Source: Azolla caroliniana
Lineage: Eukaryota; Plantae; Polypodiophyta
NCBI GenBank assembly: GCA_043228905.1
Contig: JBHGNT010001423.1
Location: 1 to 8,694 of the forward strand
Length of the DNA: 8,694 nt
Direction of reading: 5' to 3'
Shown: piece by piece, positions 1 through 7,732 of the stretch
How the letters are laid out: each line of letters opens with the position of its first letter
Position numbering within the stretch: the first letter of the stretch is position 1
Translations under genes and position numbers: made by a program
Notes under the pieces: model-generated
Database searches by the model: none
What the model was told of the DNA's origin: nothing
The model's input: the letters and a program-made list of their open reading frames with translations, nothing else

Positions 1-349
1 AGCGACTAACAGCTAATTAGCTATAGGCAGTTAATTAGCTGCATATGTAAGTAACTTATTACTTAGGTAAAAAGTAAGAGAGTAGGTAAGTAAGAAAAAC
101 ACAGGAAGTAGAACTCTGAGAGAGAGAGTAAGGATAGAGAGGAAGAACTCAAAGAGTGAGAGTAGAAGAGAGAAACAGACAAGAGCAAGTAGAGCTCTGC
201 GTGTAATGAAATAAAAGAAGTTTTAGTTGCTACAGAGGTAAGTCTCCTTCCCCCTTTCCTTCTGTGTTTGAGCACCAAACGATCCAGCACTCCACGATCC
301 GCCGTGCACATAAGAAGAGCACGAGTGCCTTCTTCACGTTTTCTTAACA
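1..349 (+). repeat. 5' LTR of element A (partial)
   Basis: Bases 32-349 are colinear with 4845-5162 (offset 4813; 11 substitutions counted by hand). Ends ...TCTTAACA immediately before the PBS. Confidence 0.95.
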
Positions 350-361
350 TGGTATCAGAGC
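350..361 (+). promoter_or_regulatory. Primer binding site (tRNA-iMet) of element A
   Basis: TGGTATCAGAGC directly abuts the LTR-terminal CA; this is the canonical plant initiator-Met PBS. Confidence 0.95.
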
Positions 362-487
362 GAGTTGCTCATAAAGAAGAGTACATAAGTGCATAGATCT
401 GAGAAAGGTATTTCTCTGTTTGCTGATCTGAATCAGAAAGTTACTTGTTGAAGTAATCGTAGCAGAAACCCTAGTTTGGAAGAGATA

Positions 488-1068
488 ATGGCTGCAGAGA
501 ATGCGGGCCAAATAGTTACAGAGAAACTAGATAAAAACAATTTCCAGGCGTGGAAATTTAGAATGACAAATTTCCTGATGGGGAAAGGATACTGGGATTA
601 CATTGAAGGAGACCTAGAAGAGGCTTCAAAGATCCCAGAAGAAAATGCCACAACAACATAGATTAAAGCATTCAAAGATTGGAATCAAGGGGCAAGGAAG
701 GTAATGCATTGGCTCTCACTTAGCATCTCAGATTCAATGCTTGGGCACATACATGATGCTATGCTCCCAAAAGGAGCTTGGGACAGTTGGGTAAAACTGT
801 TTGCAGTAAACACAAAAGCTAGAAAGCTACAGTTGAAGACTGAGCTAAATACCTTAGAAAAAGGTAAGATGTCAATAAATGAGTATGCTTTGAAAATAAA
901 GAGCATATGTGAATCACTTGCTTCTATCAATGTAAAGATAGAAGATGATGATAAGGTAGAAATATGCTTGAGAGGCTTAGGACCTCAATACAAAAGCTTT
1001 AAAACCTCTATGGTTACAAGGGATAGTATCCCAAGTTTTCATTGCTTGTAGTAGAAGAAAGGAATTAG
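488..1068 (+). pseudogene. gag: Disrupted copia gag (N-terminal/UBN2-type Gag region) of element A
   Basis: ATG at 488 gives EKLDKNNFQAWKFRMTNFLMGKGYW. An in-frame TAG at 659-661 is followed in the same frame by IKAFKDWNQGARKVMHWL...ARKLQLKTEL...LRGLGPQYKSF. A frameshift near 1039 (SLLVVEERN in the next frame) is followed by TAG 1066-1068. Confidence 0.9.
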
Positions 1069-2670
1069 ATGGATTATGTAAATAAAGGAAATCTTGAGAA
1101 TGAGGGGCAAGCCCTATATAATAGTGCTGGAAGAGGCCGAGGAAGAGGCCATGAAAGATTTGGCTCAGCAAGAACCAACAATAATGGTTATCAAGGAAGA
1201 GGACAACAAACCATTAGAGGAAGAAACAACAACAGAGGCAGGGGGAGCAACCAAGGTACAGGTAAGCAAACATATGTAAATGATGATGGCTGTTGGTATT
1301 GTGGAAAACTAGGCCACACACAGGCTGAATGTTACAAGAAGCAAAATGATGAGCAAAGAGGAAAGAGACAACAGAATAACTATGCCCAAACTAGTGAAGA
1401 TTGTGAAAAAGATGGTGCATTTGTGGTACAACATGAGATAGCAGCAGTGGCTGAAAGCTCACAGAAATGTAATGAAGAGTTTACATGGTATGTAGACTCG
1501 GGGGCATCTAACCATATGACTGGACATGCAAACTGGTTTGAAAGGTTAGGAGAACCAGAGATTCCTGGCTATGTACAGACGGGTGATAATAGTACTCACC
1601 AAATGGAACATGTTGGAGATATCCCATTGTGGGAAGAAAAAGGAAAGACTAAGTATATGTTGAATGTAATGCATGTTCCAAATCTTGCTAAGAATCTGAT
1701 TTCTGTTGGACAGATAGTAGAGCAAGGTATGCAAGTAAAGTTTAAGCAAAGTGGATGCTATATAGAAAAGAATGGGAAGCTCATTGCAAAAGGAAAACGA
1801 CAAGGAAGAATGTTTATTTTGGATGTTGACATGCCTAGACAGATTTCAACTATGTTTGCAAATGGAATGAGTGTAGTCTCAGATGTGGAAATGTGGCATA
1901 AAAGGATTGGCCATATAAGTATGCAAACCCTAAAGAATATGTTGAGAAAAGATGCAGTGGCTGGACTGCCAAAACTGAAAAATTGTGAAATGGGAAAGAT
2001 ATGTGAAGCATGTCAATATGGAAAGCAAAATAGGTTGCCATTCCCTCATGAAAGACATGTAAGTAAAAATTTGTTGGATTTGGTACATACAGATGTATGG
2101 GGACCAACTAAGAATGCATCTATCGGTGGTTGCAGATTCTATGTAACTTTTATTGATGATTGCTCAAGGAAAACATGGGTGTACTTCATGAAAGAGAAAA
2201 ATGAAGTGTTTGAATGTTTTCGTAAGTTTAAATGCATGGTAGAAAAGCAGGCAGGTACAAGAATAAAATGTTTAAGATCTGATGGAGGAGGAGAGTATTT
2301 CTCCAATGAATTTTCTGATTTTCTATGCAATCAGGGAATAAGAAGACAGTTCACATGTAGATATACTCCACAACAAAATGGAGTTGCTGAGAGGAAAAAC
2401 AGAACATTGGTGAACATTGCAAGGGCTTTGATGACAGAGAAGAATATGCCATTGTACTATTGGGCAGAAGCTGTAAATACAACAAATTATATTCTAAATG
2501 TCCTTGCAAAAGTAAGAAGTAAGCTGGATCCAAAAGCAGAAAAATGTATTTTTGTTGGCTATTCAGAAGAACAAAAAGGGTATAGATGCTATAACCCTGT
2601 AACAAAGAAGATTGTGACAAGTAGGGATGCAATCTTTGATGAGTTAGCTAGCTGGTACAGTCCAAAATAG
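1069..2670 (+). CDS. pol: Copia polyprotein fragment: RG-rich nucleocapsid, CCHC zinc knuckle, aspartic protease, GAG-pre-integrase, integrase
   Basis: Motifs seen: CWYCGKLGHTQAEC (1291-1332), WYVDSGASNHM protease (from 1486), WHKRIGH...CEAC HHCC finger, HTDVWGP / RSDGGGEY / PQQNGVAERKNR DDE motifs, and KLDPKAEKCIFVGY. Ends at a premature TAG, so it is part of a broken gag-pol. Confidence 0.93.
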   Translation: MDYVNKGNLENEGQALYNSAGRGRGRGHERFGSARTNNNGYQGRGQQTIRGRNNNRGRGSNQGTGKQTYVNDDGCWYCGKLGHTQAECYKKQNDEQRGKRQQNNYAQTSEDCEKDGAFVVQHEIAAVAESSQKCNEEFTWYVDSGASNHMTGHANWFERLGEPEIPGYVQTGDNSTHQMEHVGDIPLWEEKGKTKYMLNVMHVPNLAKNLISVGQIVEQGMQVKFKQSGCYIEKNGKLIAKGKRQGRMFILDVDMPRQISTMFANGMSVVSDVEMWHKRIGHISMQTLKNMLRKDAVAGLPKLKNCEMGKICEACQYGKQNRLPFPHERHVSKNLLDLVHTDVWGPTKNASIGGCRFYVTFIDDCSRKTWVYFMKEKNEVFECFRKFKCMVEKQAGTRIKCLRSDGGGEYFSNEFSDFLCNQGIRRQFTCRYTPQQNGVAERKNRTLVNIARALMTEKNMPLYYWAEAVNTTNYILNVLAKVRSKLDPKAEKCIFVGYSEEQKGYRCYNPVTKKIVTSRDAIFDELASWYSPK

Positions 2671-2893
2671 AATCCAGAGACTGATGAAGACAATGAGATT
2701 GAAGACAGAGACAAATCTGAAAATGTAGAAGACTGCCACAGAGATGGAAGCAAGGTTCGAAGGTTGGACAGCAAAGTCCAACATCAACAGAATGTTCTGG
2801 ACCATCAAAAAGCTCAGATGGTAAATCTGATTCGAATTCTTGGAGTGGAAAAAGTGGAGGACACAAAAAATGTGATGATAAAAAAAGCAGAAA

Positions 2894-4720
2894 ATGCCAG
2901 AGTATGAAATGTTGGATGACTTGTCTAAAAACATGGAAGATGAGGATTCAGATATGTCATTGGATGATTTTCTTGGTATAAGAGGATTGAAAATCCCTGG
3001 TATGGAAAAAGCATTGAAGGATGCAAATCAGAAACTGAGAAGATCAGATAGAGAGAAAAAATTTGTTGAAAGATTTGGTTATGATACATATATGGCTATG
3101 CATTATGCATATATGTCAAAGGTGGTACAGATCCCTGATCCAAGTAGTTTTGATGAGGCTAAAACTGAGAAGAAATGGGTGGATGCAATGCAAGAAGAGA
3201 TTGATGCATTGGCTGAAAACAGAACATGGGATTTGGTGAAGTTACCAAAAGGAAAAAATGTGGTAGGTTGCAAATGGGTCTACAAGACAAAGCATGATTC
3301 CAGTGGGAATGTAAGTAGACATAAAGCAAGATTGGTTGCAAAGGGATATGCCCAAATGCAAGGAATTGATTATGATGAGACATTTGCACCGATTGCAAAG
3401 ATGGCAACATTGAGGACATTACTGGCTGTAGGTGCAGCCAGAAGATGGTTTCTTCATCATATGGATGTAAAAAATGCCTTTTTACATGGTAACTTGGAAG
3501 AAGAAGTGTATATGTGTCAACCAGCAGGTTTTGAAGATAGGAAGCATCTAGATTATGTATGTAAGCTGAAAAAGGCTCTCTATGGACTGAAACAAGCACC
3601 AAGAGCATGGCACAGAGAACTTTCAAATTATCTGAAAAAACTTGACTTCAAAATGTCAAAGGCTAATTCATCATTGTATGTTAAAAGGAAAGATGATTGT
3701 ATTGTTGTGATTTTGATTTATGTTGATGATCTCATCATTGGAGGTGATTCCATGGATGAAATAAGTAAGCTGAAAAGAAATTTGGAAATGCAGTTTCATA
3801 TGAAAGATTTGGGAGATCTGAGATATTTTTTGGGTATTGAAATCATCATATCTGAAAGTGGTATATATGTGTTGCACAGACAATATGCAACAACTATGTT
3901 GAAAAAGTATGGTATGCTTGGATGCAAACCTATTGGAGTACCACTAGATAAAAACTGCAAATTGAGGGCTGATTTGGGAGCCAAAATAGAAGATGTAAAC
4001 ATGTACAGGTCTATGGTGGGTAGCCTTATTTATTTGACCATAACAAGACCTGATTTGAGTTATGCAGTTGGATTAGTCAGCCAATTTATGCAACAACCAA
4101 CAAAGCCGCATTTGAACTGCATTAGAAGAATTCTGAGGTTTGTAAAAGTTACTCAGAACTATGGATTGTTTTACAGGGCTGATTTGGACATATATCTGGA
4201 AGGATATACAGATGTTGATTGGGCTGGAAGCCAAACAAATAGAAGATCCACAAGTGGATATATGTTTACATTGGGAAGTGCAGGTATTTCATGGAGTAGC
4301 AAGAAACAAGCTATTGTTGCATTGTCTAGTACTGAAGCTGAGTACAGAGGAGCCGCCATAGCCACTTGTGAAGAGGTATGGATTAGAAGATTGCTTGCTG
4401 ATTTGGGAGAGTATATAGATGGTACTGTCACAATCTGGTGTGACAATATGAGCAACATCCAGCTTGCAAAAAACCCAGTGTTCCATGGAAGAACAAAGCA
4501 CATTGAAGTGCATTATCACTTTGTTAGAGAAAAAGTGATTGAAGGAGAAGTTGATCTGGTGTATGTGAATACAAATCAGCAGGTTGCTGATATTCTCACA
4601 AAGGGATTGAGTGTGGAAAAGCATACACAGTTTCAGAACATGATGGGAGTTGTAGACATTGATATGATGGCTGAAAAGCATCATGGAAAAGAAGTTGTAG
4701 ATAACCCCAAGAAAGGATAA
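2894..4720 (+). CDS. pol: Copia reverse transcriptase (RVT_2 type) plus RNase H, open 608-aa segment of pol
   Basis: RT motifs KARLVAKGY, MDVKNAFLHG, LYGLKQAPRAW and YVDD (3719-3730). RNase H motifs YTDVDWAG, STEAEY, CDNMS, RTKHIEVHYHF and ADILTK. Separated from the upstream ORF by a stop and apparent frameshifts in 2668-2893. Confidence 0.95.
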   Translation: MPEYEMLDDLSKNMEDEDSDMSLDDFLGIRGLKIPGMEKALKDANQKLRRSDREKKFVERFGYDTYMAMHYAYMSKVVQIPDPSSFDEAKTEKKWVDAMQEEIDALAENRTWDLVKLPKGKNVVGCKWVYKTKHDSSGNVSRHKARLVAKGYAQMQGIDYDETFAPIAKMATLRTLLAVGAARRWFLHHMDVKNAFLHGNLEEEVYMCQPAGFEDRKHLDYVCKLKKALYGLKQAPRAWHRELSNYLKKLDFKMSKANSSLYVKRKDDCIVVILIYVDDLIIGGDSMDEISKLKRNLEMQFHMKDLGDLRYFLGIEIIISESGIYVLHRQYATTMLKKYGMLGCKPIGVPLDKNCKLRADLGAKIEDVNMYRSMVGSLIYLTITRPDLSYAVGLVSQFMQQPTKPHLNCIRRILRFVKVTQNYGLFYRADLDIYLEGYTDVDWAGSQTNRRSTSGYMFTLGSAGISWSSKKQAIVALSSTEAEYRGAAIATCEEVWIRRLLADLGEYIDGTVTIWCDNMSNIQLAKNPVFHGRTKHIEVHYHFVREKVIEGEVDLVYVNTNQQVADILTKGLSVEKHTQFQNMMGVVDIDMMAEKHHGKEVVDNPKKG

Positions 4721-4727
4721 GTTGATC

Positions 4728-4738
4728 TTGAGGGGGAG
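4728..4738 (+). promoter_or_regulatory. Polypurine tract of element A
   Basis: TTGAGGGGGAG lies immediately before TGTTGAGA (LTR start), a few bases after the pol stop at 4720. Confidence 0.92.
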
Positions 4739-5162
4739 TGTTGAGAAGCAAGCTCAACATGGTATGTGATGCTTATTGGGAAATAAGCTATAGTAGCTAT
4801 TTAGCTACTTGTGAACATAAAGGAGAAACATCTAATTAGCTAGCTAATTAGCTGCATATGTAAGTAACTTATTACTTAGGTAAAAAGTAAGAGAGTAGGT
4901 AAGTAAGAAAAACACAGGAAGTAGAACTCTGAGAGAGAAAGTAAGGATAGAGAGGAAGAACTCAGAGAGTGAGAGTAGAAGAGAGAAACAGACGAGAGCA
5001 AGTAGAGCTCTGCGTGTAATGAAATAGAAGAAGTTTTGGTTGCTACAGAGGCAAGTCTCCTTCCCCCTTTCCTTCTGTGTTTGAGCACCAAACGATCCAG
5101 CACACCACAATCCGCCGCGCACATAAGAAGAGCTCGAGTACCTTCTTCACGTTTTCTTAACA
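4739..5162 (+). repeat. 3' LTR of element A (424 bp)
   Basis: TGTTGAGA...TCTTAACA termini (7/8 inverted repeat); follows the PPT; matches the 5' LTR. Confidence 0.95.
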
Positions 5163-5207
5163 CCTCTCAGCTCCTTCACTGCTATGACTTCGGCGCTTAT
5201 CGATCCG

Positions 5208-7034
5208 TCAGTTCCTCTGTGATGGCATTGACTTTCGGTGCATCCGTGTTTGCTTGGCCTCCAGTTGATTCGGTTCATCCGGATCCGTCTGTTGGTCCGA
5301 ATCGGCTGTCCCCGTTTCGTTCCAGCTCTTGTCCGAGTCGGTATCCTCTAACTCGTCTTTCGGTTTAAGGCCCTTCACCACATCAGACCACGTCCGGGTC
5401 TTGGCCTTGCTTCCATCCTCGGTTTCTTCAGCCTCCTTGTCTTCCCCTCTTCCGGTTCTTCCCTTACCGGTGTCGGCAACAGTCTCTTTGCCTTTGCCCA
5501 TTCCGTCTTTGCCCCTTCTTCTCCCCCTCAAGTGCGGCACATCGAGATGCGGCACGTCAAAAACAACTTGTTTCGTTTGCAGGTGTTGAAGCCTCTGGTA
5601 ATTGACGTGGCCTATCCGCTTGTGCCACAGGTCGATGTTCGATTCGACCTTTTGTCCTTTTGCAAACAGAGCGGTGCCAACGTCATTGGTGTCGAGGATA
5701 AACATCCTCCCGTCTCTGCGCCCTTGCGCAATAATCTGGCCCTCTTCCTCAATGAAGCACCCAAGGTGCGTAAACCGCACCTGTATCCCCTGGTCGACGA
5801 TCTGTCCGACCGACACCAGGTTCTTCGTGATTGTCGGAACGTGTAATACGTTCATCAGCTTCCCCTTTTGTCCGACGTGGCTCAAAGGGACTTCTCCGAC
5901 GTGCACGATTGGGTGAAGAGTGTCGTCTCCGGTTTTGACTACTCCTGGTTGATCCGGTTTCTCCAAAAAGGAGAACCACCCTTTGTGGCTCATCATGTGG
6001 TTTGACGCACCAGAATCAACATACCACTCTTCCTCCGATTTGGAAGTGGTCTTCTTCATCGAGTTCGCCTCGTGCTTCATTACCAAGGCTGGCCCGTTAC
6101 CGTTCTTGTATCCTCCCGATCCCTTCGCGTAGTGCGAGCTTTGCCGGCCATCCTTGCCCGCCTTGCCGGATCCGGATTTGTCCGAATTGGCTCGTTTTCT
6201 CCAGCACTCGCTTTCTCTATGGCCCTTTTTTCCACAGTACCAACATTCTGTTGCTGACTTCTCTTGTCGTCTTCCGGTGTTGCCATGACTCCCCCTGCCT
6301 GTGGGAGTCCCGGAACTGCTGTCGGCACGTTCTATGTGCCTTCGTTCTTGCTCTTGCCGGACGCCTCCATTGCGTGCCGACCCGCCTCATCCACGACGCC
6401 CACGGGACCGATCCGCCTCCGTGTACAACATCCGGCTGTCAATGGGTGTGCTAGTTGATGCACTGACGTGGTTCTCCTCTACAAGGAGCATCGACTATAA
6501 GTCGAAAAATGACGGCGTATTCTCCCTTGTACACACTGCCGTTCGAAACGCTCTGAACTTAGACGCCAGACCGCCAAGACAGACCTGTACCATCTCGTCT
6601 TCCTCTACGGTAACGTTGATAGAGGCAAGCAAGTCAGAGATCTCTTTGATCCGGGCCGTGTAGTCCGCCACCAACACGTCCTTCAGTCGGACATTGCTCA
6701 ACTCCTGTCGGAGTTGCAGCTTCCGGGCTGTAGTGCTCGCAGCAAAAACCTTCTTCAGGTTCCCCCAAGCCTCCTTCGGTGTCTTGGCGTCTCGGATGTG
6801 GCTCAGCAGCTGGTCTCCGACACTGGACGCGAAGCAGTACATCACTCTGCCTGCCGATTGTTCCCACACTAGGAAGTCCTTATGTGCCGCATCAGGTGCT
6901 ATTTCGTTGGCTCCTTCGACGAAACTCCAGTAGCCATGCCCAAGCAGGTACTGGTGCATCTTATACGACCAAGATGCATAGTTGGATTTGTCGAGTTTCT
7001 CCGCAGGGAGCGAACTAGTCATCCCTCTATCCAT
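5208..7034 (-). pseudogene. gag: Single-frame Gag-zinc knuckle-protease-pre-integrase-charged tail ORF (~608 codons) with two premature stops
   Basis: ORFs 6495..7037 and 5208..6086 are in the same frame (408 nt apart). Reading through TAG 6495-6497 and TGA 6387-6389 gives SMLLVEENH...CWYCGKKGHRESEC (6204-6245), then WYVDSGASNHM and DLWHKRIGH, then DVPHLDVPHLRGR and a charged tail. Confidence 0.9.
5521..5531 (-). other. Internal PPT-like motif TTGAGGGGGAG (encodes LRG) in element B
   Basis: The + strand CTCCCCCTCAA is the exact reverse complement of A's PPT, but on the - strand it is followed by AAGAAGG rather than an LTR TG. Confidence 0.6.
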
Positions 7035-7117
7035 CACTTCTCTGTTTGTTGTTTTACGACCTGTTAGGGTTCGCTTTCAAGCGTTTGTCGGCTGCAGAGG
7101 AGGTTCTCAACCCTCGT

Positions 7118-7129
7118 GCTCTGATACCA
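7118..7129 (-). promoter_or_regulatory. Primer binding site (tRNA-iMet) of element B
   Basis: The + strand GCTCTGATACCA reads TGGTATCAGAGC on the - strand, directly after the LTR end ...CGTTTACA. Confidence 0.95.
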
Positions 7130-7275
7130 TGTAAACGATTACTTGCGGAAGCGTTAGAAAACAGAGAAAGTAGGGAATACACAAAGTATACGGGAGAGAT
7201 AGAGAGAGCAGAACGTAAAAGCTAGATTCAAAACGATATAATCATTCTATATCTTACAACTGTGCTTAGTAGCAC

Positions 7276-7283
7276 TATTTATA
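7276..7283 (-). promoter_or_regulatory. Putative TATA box of the element B LTR
   Basis: TATAAATA on the - strand, about 150 nt before the LTR end, in the element's sense orientation. Confidence 0.65.
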
Positions 7284-7300
7284 CAAGTCCTCATGGGACT

Positions 7301-7678
7301 GACAGAAGTACCGCGTACTTCAATGCTCACACGAGCTTCTGACACTTACTACGAGACTATAATTGCCTAGCAGTCTAAACTAATACTAGGCTTCCGGTTA
7401 CCGATTGGATCCGGCTAACCGGCTCCCCAGCTCACCAGCTCTGTTGCTTGCCGGCTTGGTTGCTCACAGCTTACCGATCCGTCTCGCTTGACAGAAGTAC
7501 CGCGTACTTCAATGCTCACACGAGCTTCTGACACTTACTACGAGACTATAATTGCCTAGCAGTCTAAACTAATACTAGGCTTCCGGTTACCGATTGGATC
7601 CGGCTAACCGGCTCCCCAGCTCACCAGCTCTGTTGCTTGCCGGCTTGGTTGCTCACAGCTTACCGATCCGTCTCGCTT
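7301..7678. repeat. Perfect tandem duplication, 2 x 189 bp, in U3 of the B LTR
   Basis: GACAGAAGTACCGCG...CCGTCTCGCTT occurs at 7301-7489 and 7490-7678 with no mismatch seen by eye; 2-nt TG microhomology at the junction. Confidence 0.95.
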
Positions 7679-7732
7679 GCCGGCTCAGGCTTATTTAGCC
7701 GATCCGGCTCCAGTTGATCTTGCCGCTCAACA

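Larger units (their letters stand above)
1..5162 (+). mobile_element. Element A: near-full-length Ty1/copia LTR retrotransposon, decayed; 5' LTR truncated by the window edge
   Basis: Direct repeats 32-349 and 4845-5162 end in TTAACA; PBS at 350-361; PPT at 4728-4738. Domain order Gag-ZnK-PR-INT-RT-RH (INT before RT) is diagnostic of copia. Confidence 0.96.
5163..7732 (-). mobile_element. Element B: internally deleted (TR-GAG-like) Ty1/copia element; its 3' LTR is displaced out of the window by insertion of A
   Basis: LTR at 7130-7732, PBS at 7118-7129 and a gag-PR frame at 7034-5208. No integrase core, RT or RNase H motifs. A purine-rich tract at 5163-5180 is cut by A's LTR end. Confidence 0.88.
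7130..7732 (-). repeat. 5' LTR of element B (603 bp; 414 bp without the internal duplication)
   Basis: Reads TGTTGAGCGG...CGTTTACA on the - strand. It is bounded by the PBS on one side and by the abrupt break of C's RT (EEEVYM|) on the other. The partner LTR is not in the window. Confidence 0.85.

Noticed and set aside
63-350. Antisense 95-aa ORF, repeated at 4876-5163
   Set aside because: It is the reverse reading of the GA-rich LTR (low-complexity S/L). The duplication simply reflects the two LTRs, and the start codon straddles the LTR boundary.
2668-2893. Possible programmed frameshift or readthrough between INT and RT (A-run near 2880-2887)
   Set aside because: Copia gag-pol is normally a single ORF. 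A stop plus two apparent frame changes in a decayed element is better explained by mutation or homopolymer error.
5208-5520. env-like or chromodomain ORF in B's tail
   Set aside because: No hydrophobic transmembrane segment or chromodomain aromatic pattern is visible; the tail is low-complexity and charged.
5529-5558. 15-nt imperfect tandem repeat (DVPHL x2) as an independent feature
   Set aside because: It probably arises from the deletion junction itself (degenerate FGLP joined to HLDVPHL) and is covered under the fusion finding.
6080-6328. 82-aa - strand ORF between the two B ORFs
   Set aside because: It is off-frame. The true frame in this interval carries the CCHC knuckle and is continuous with 6495..7037 and 5208..6086.
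5036-7067. Numerous + strand ORFs over element B
   Set aside because: These are antisense shadows of GC-rich coding sequence with no recognisable motifs.
7301-7678. Repeat with palindromes considered as a CRISPR array or satellite
   Set aside because: There are only two contiguous 189-bp units, no spacers and no cas genes, and the repeat lies within an LTR.
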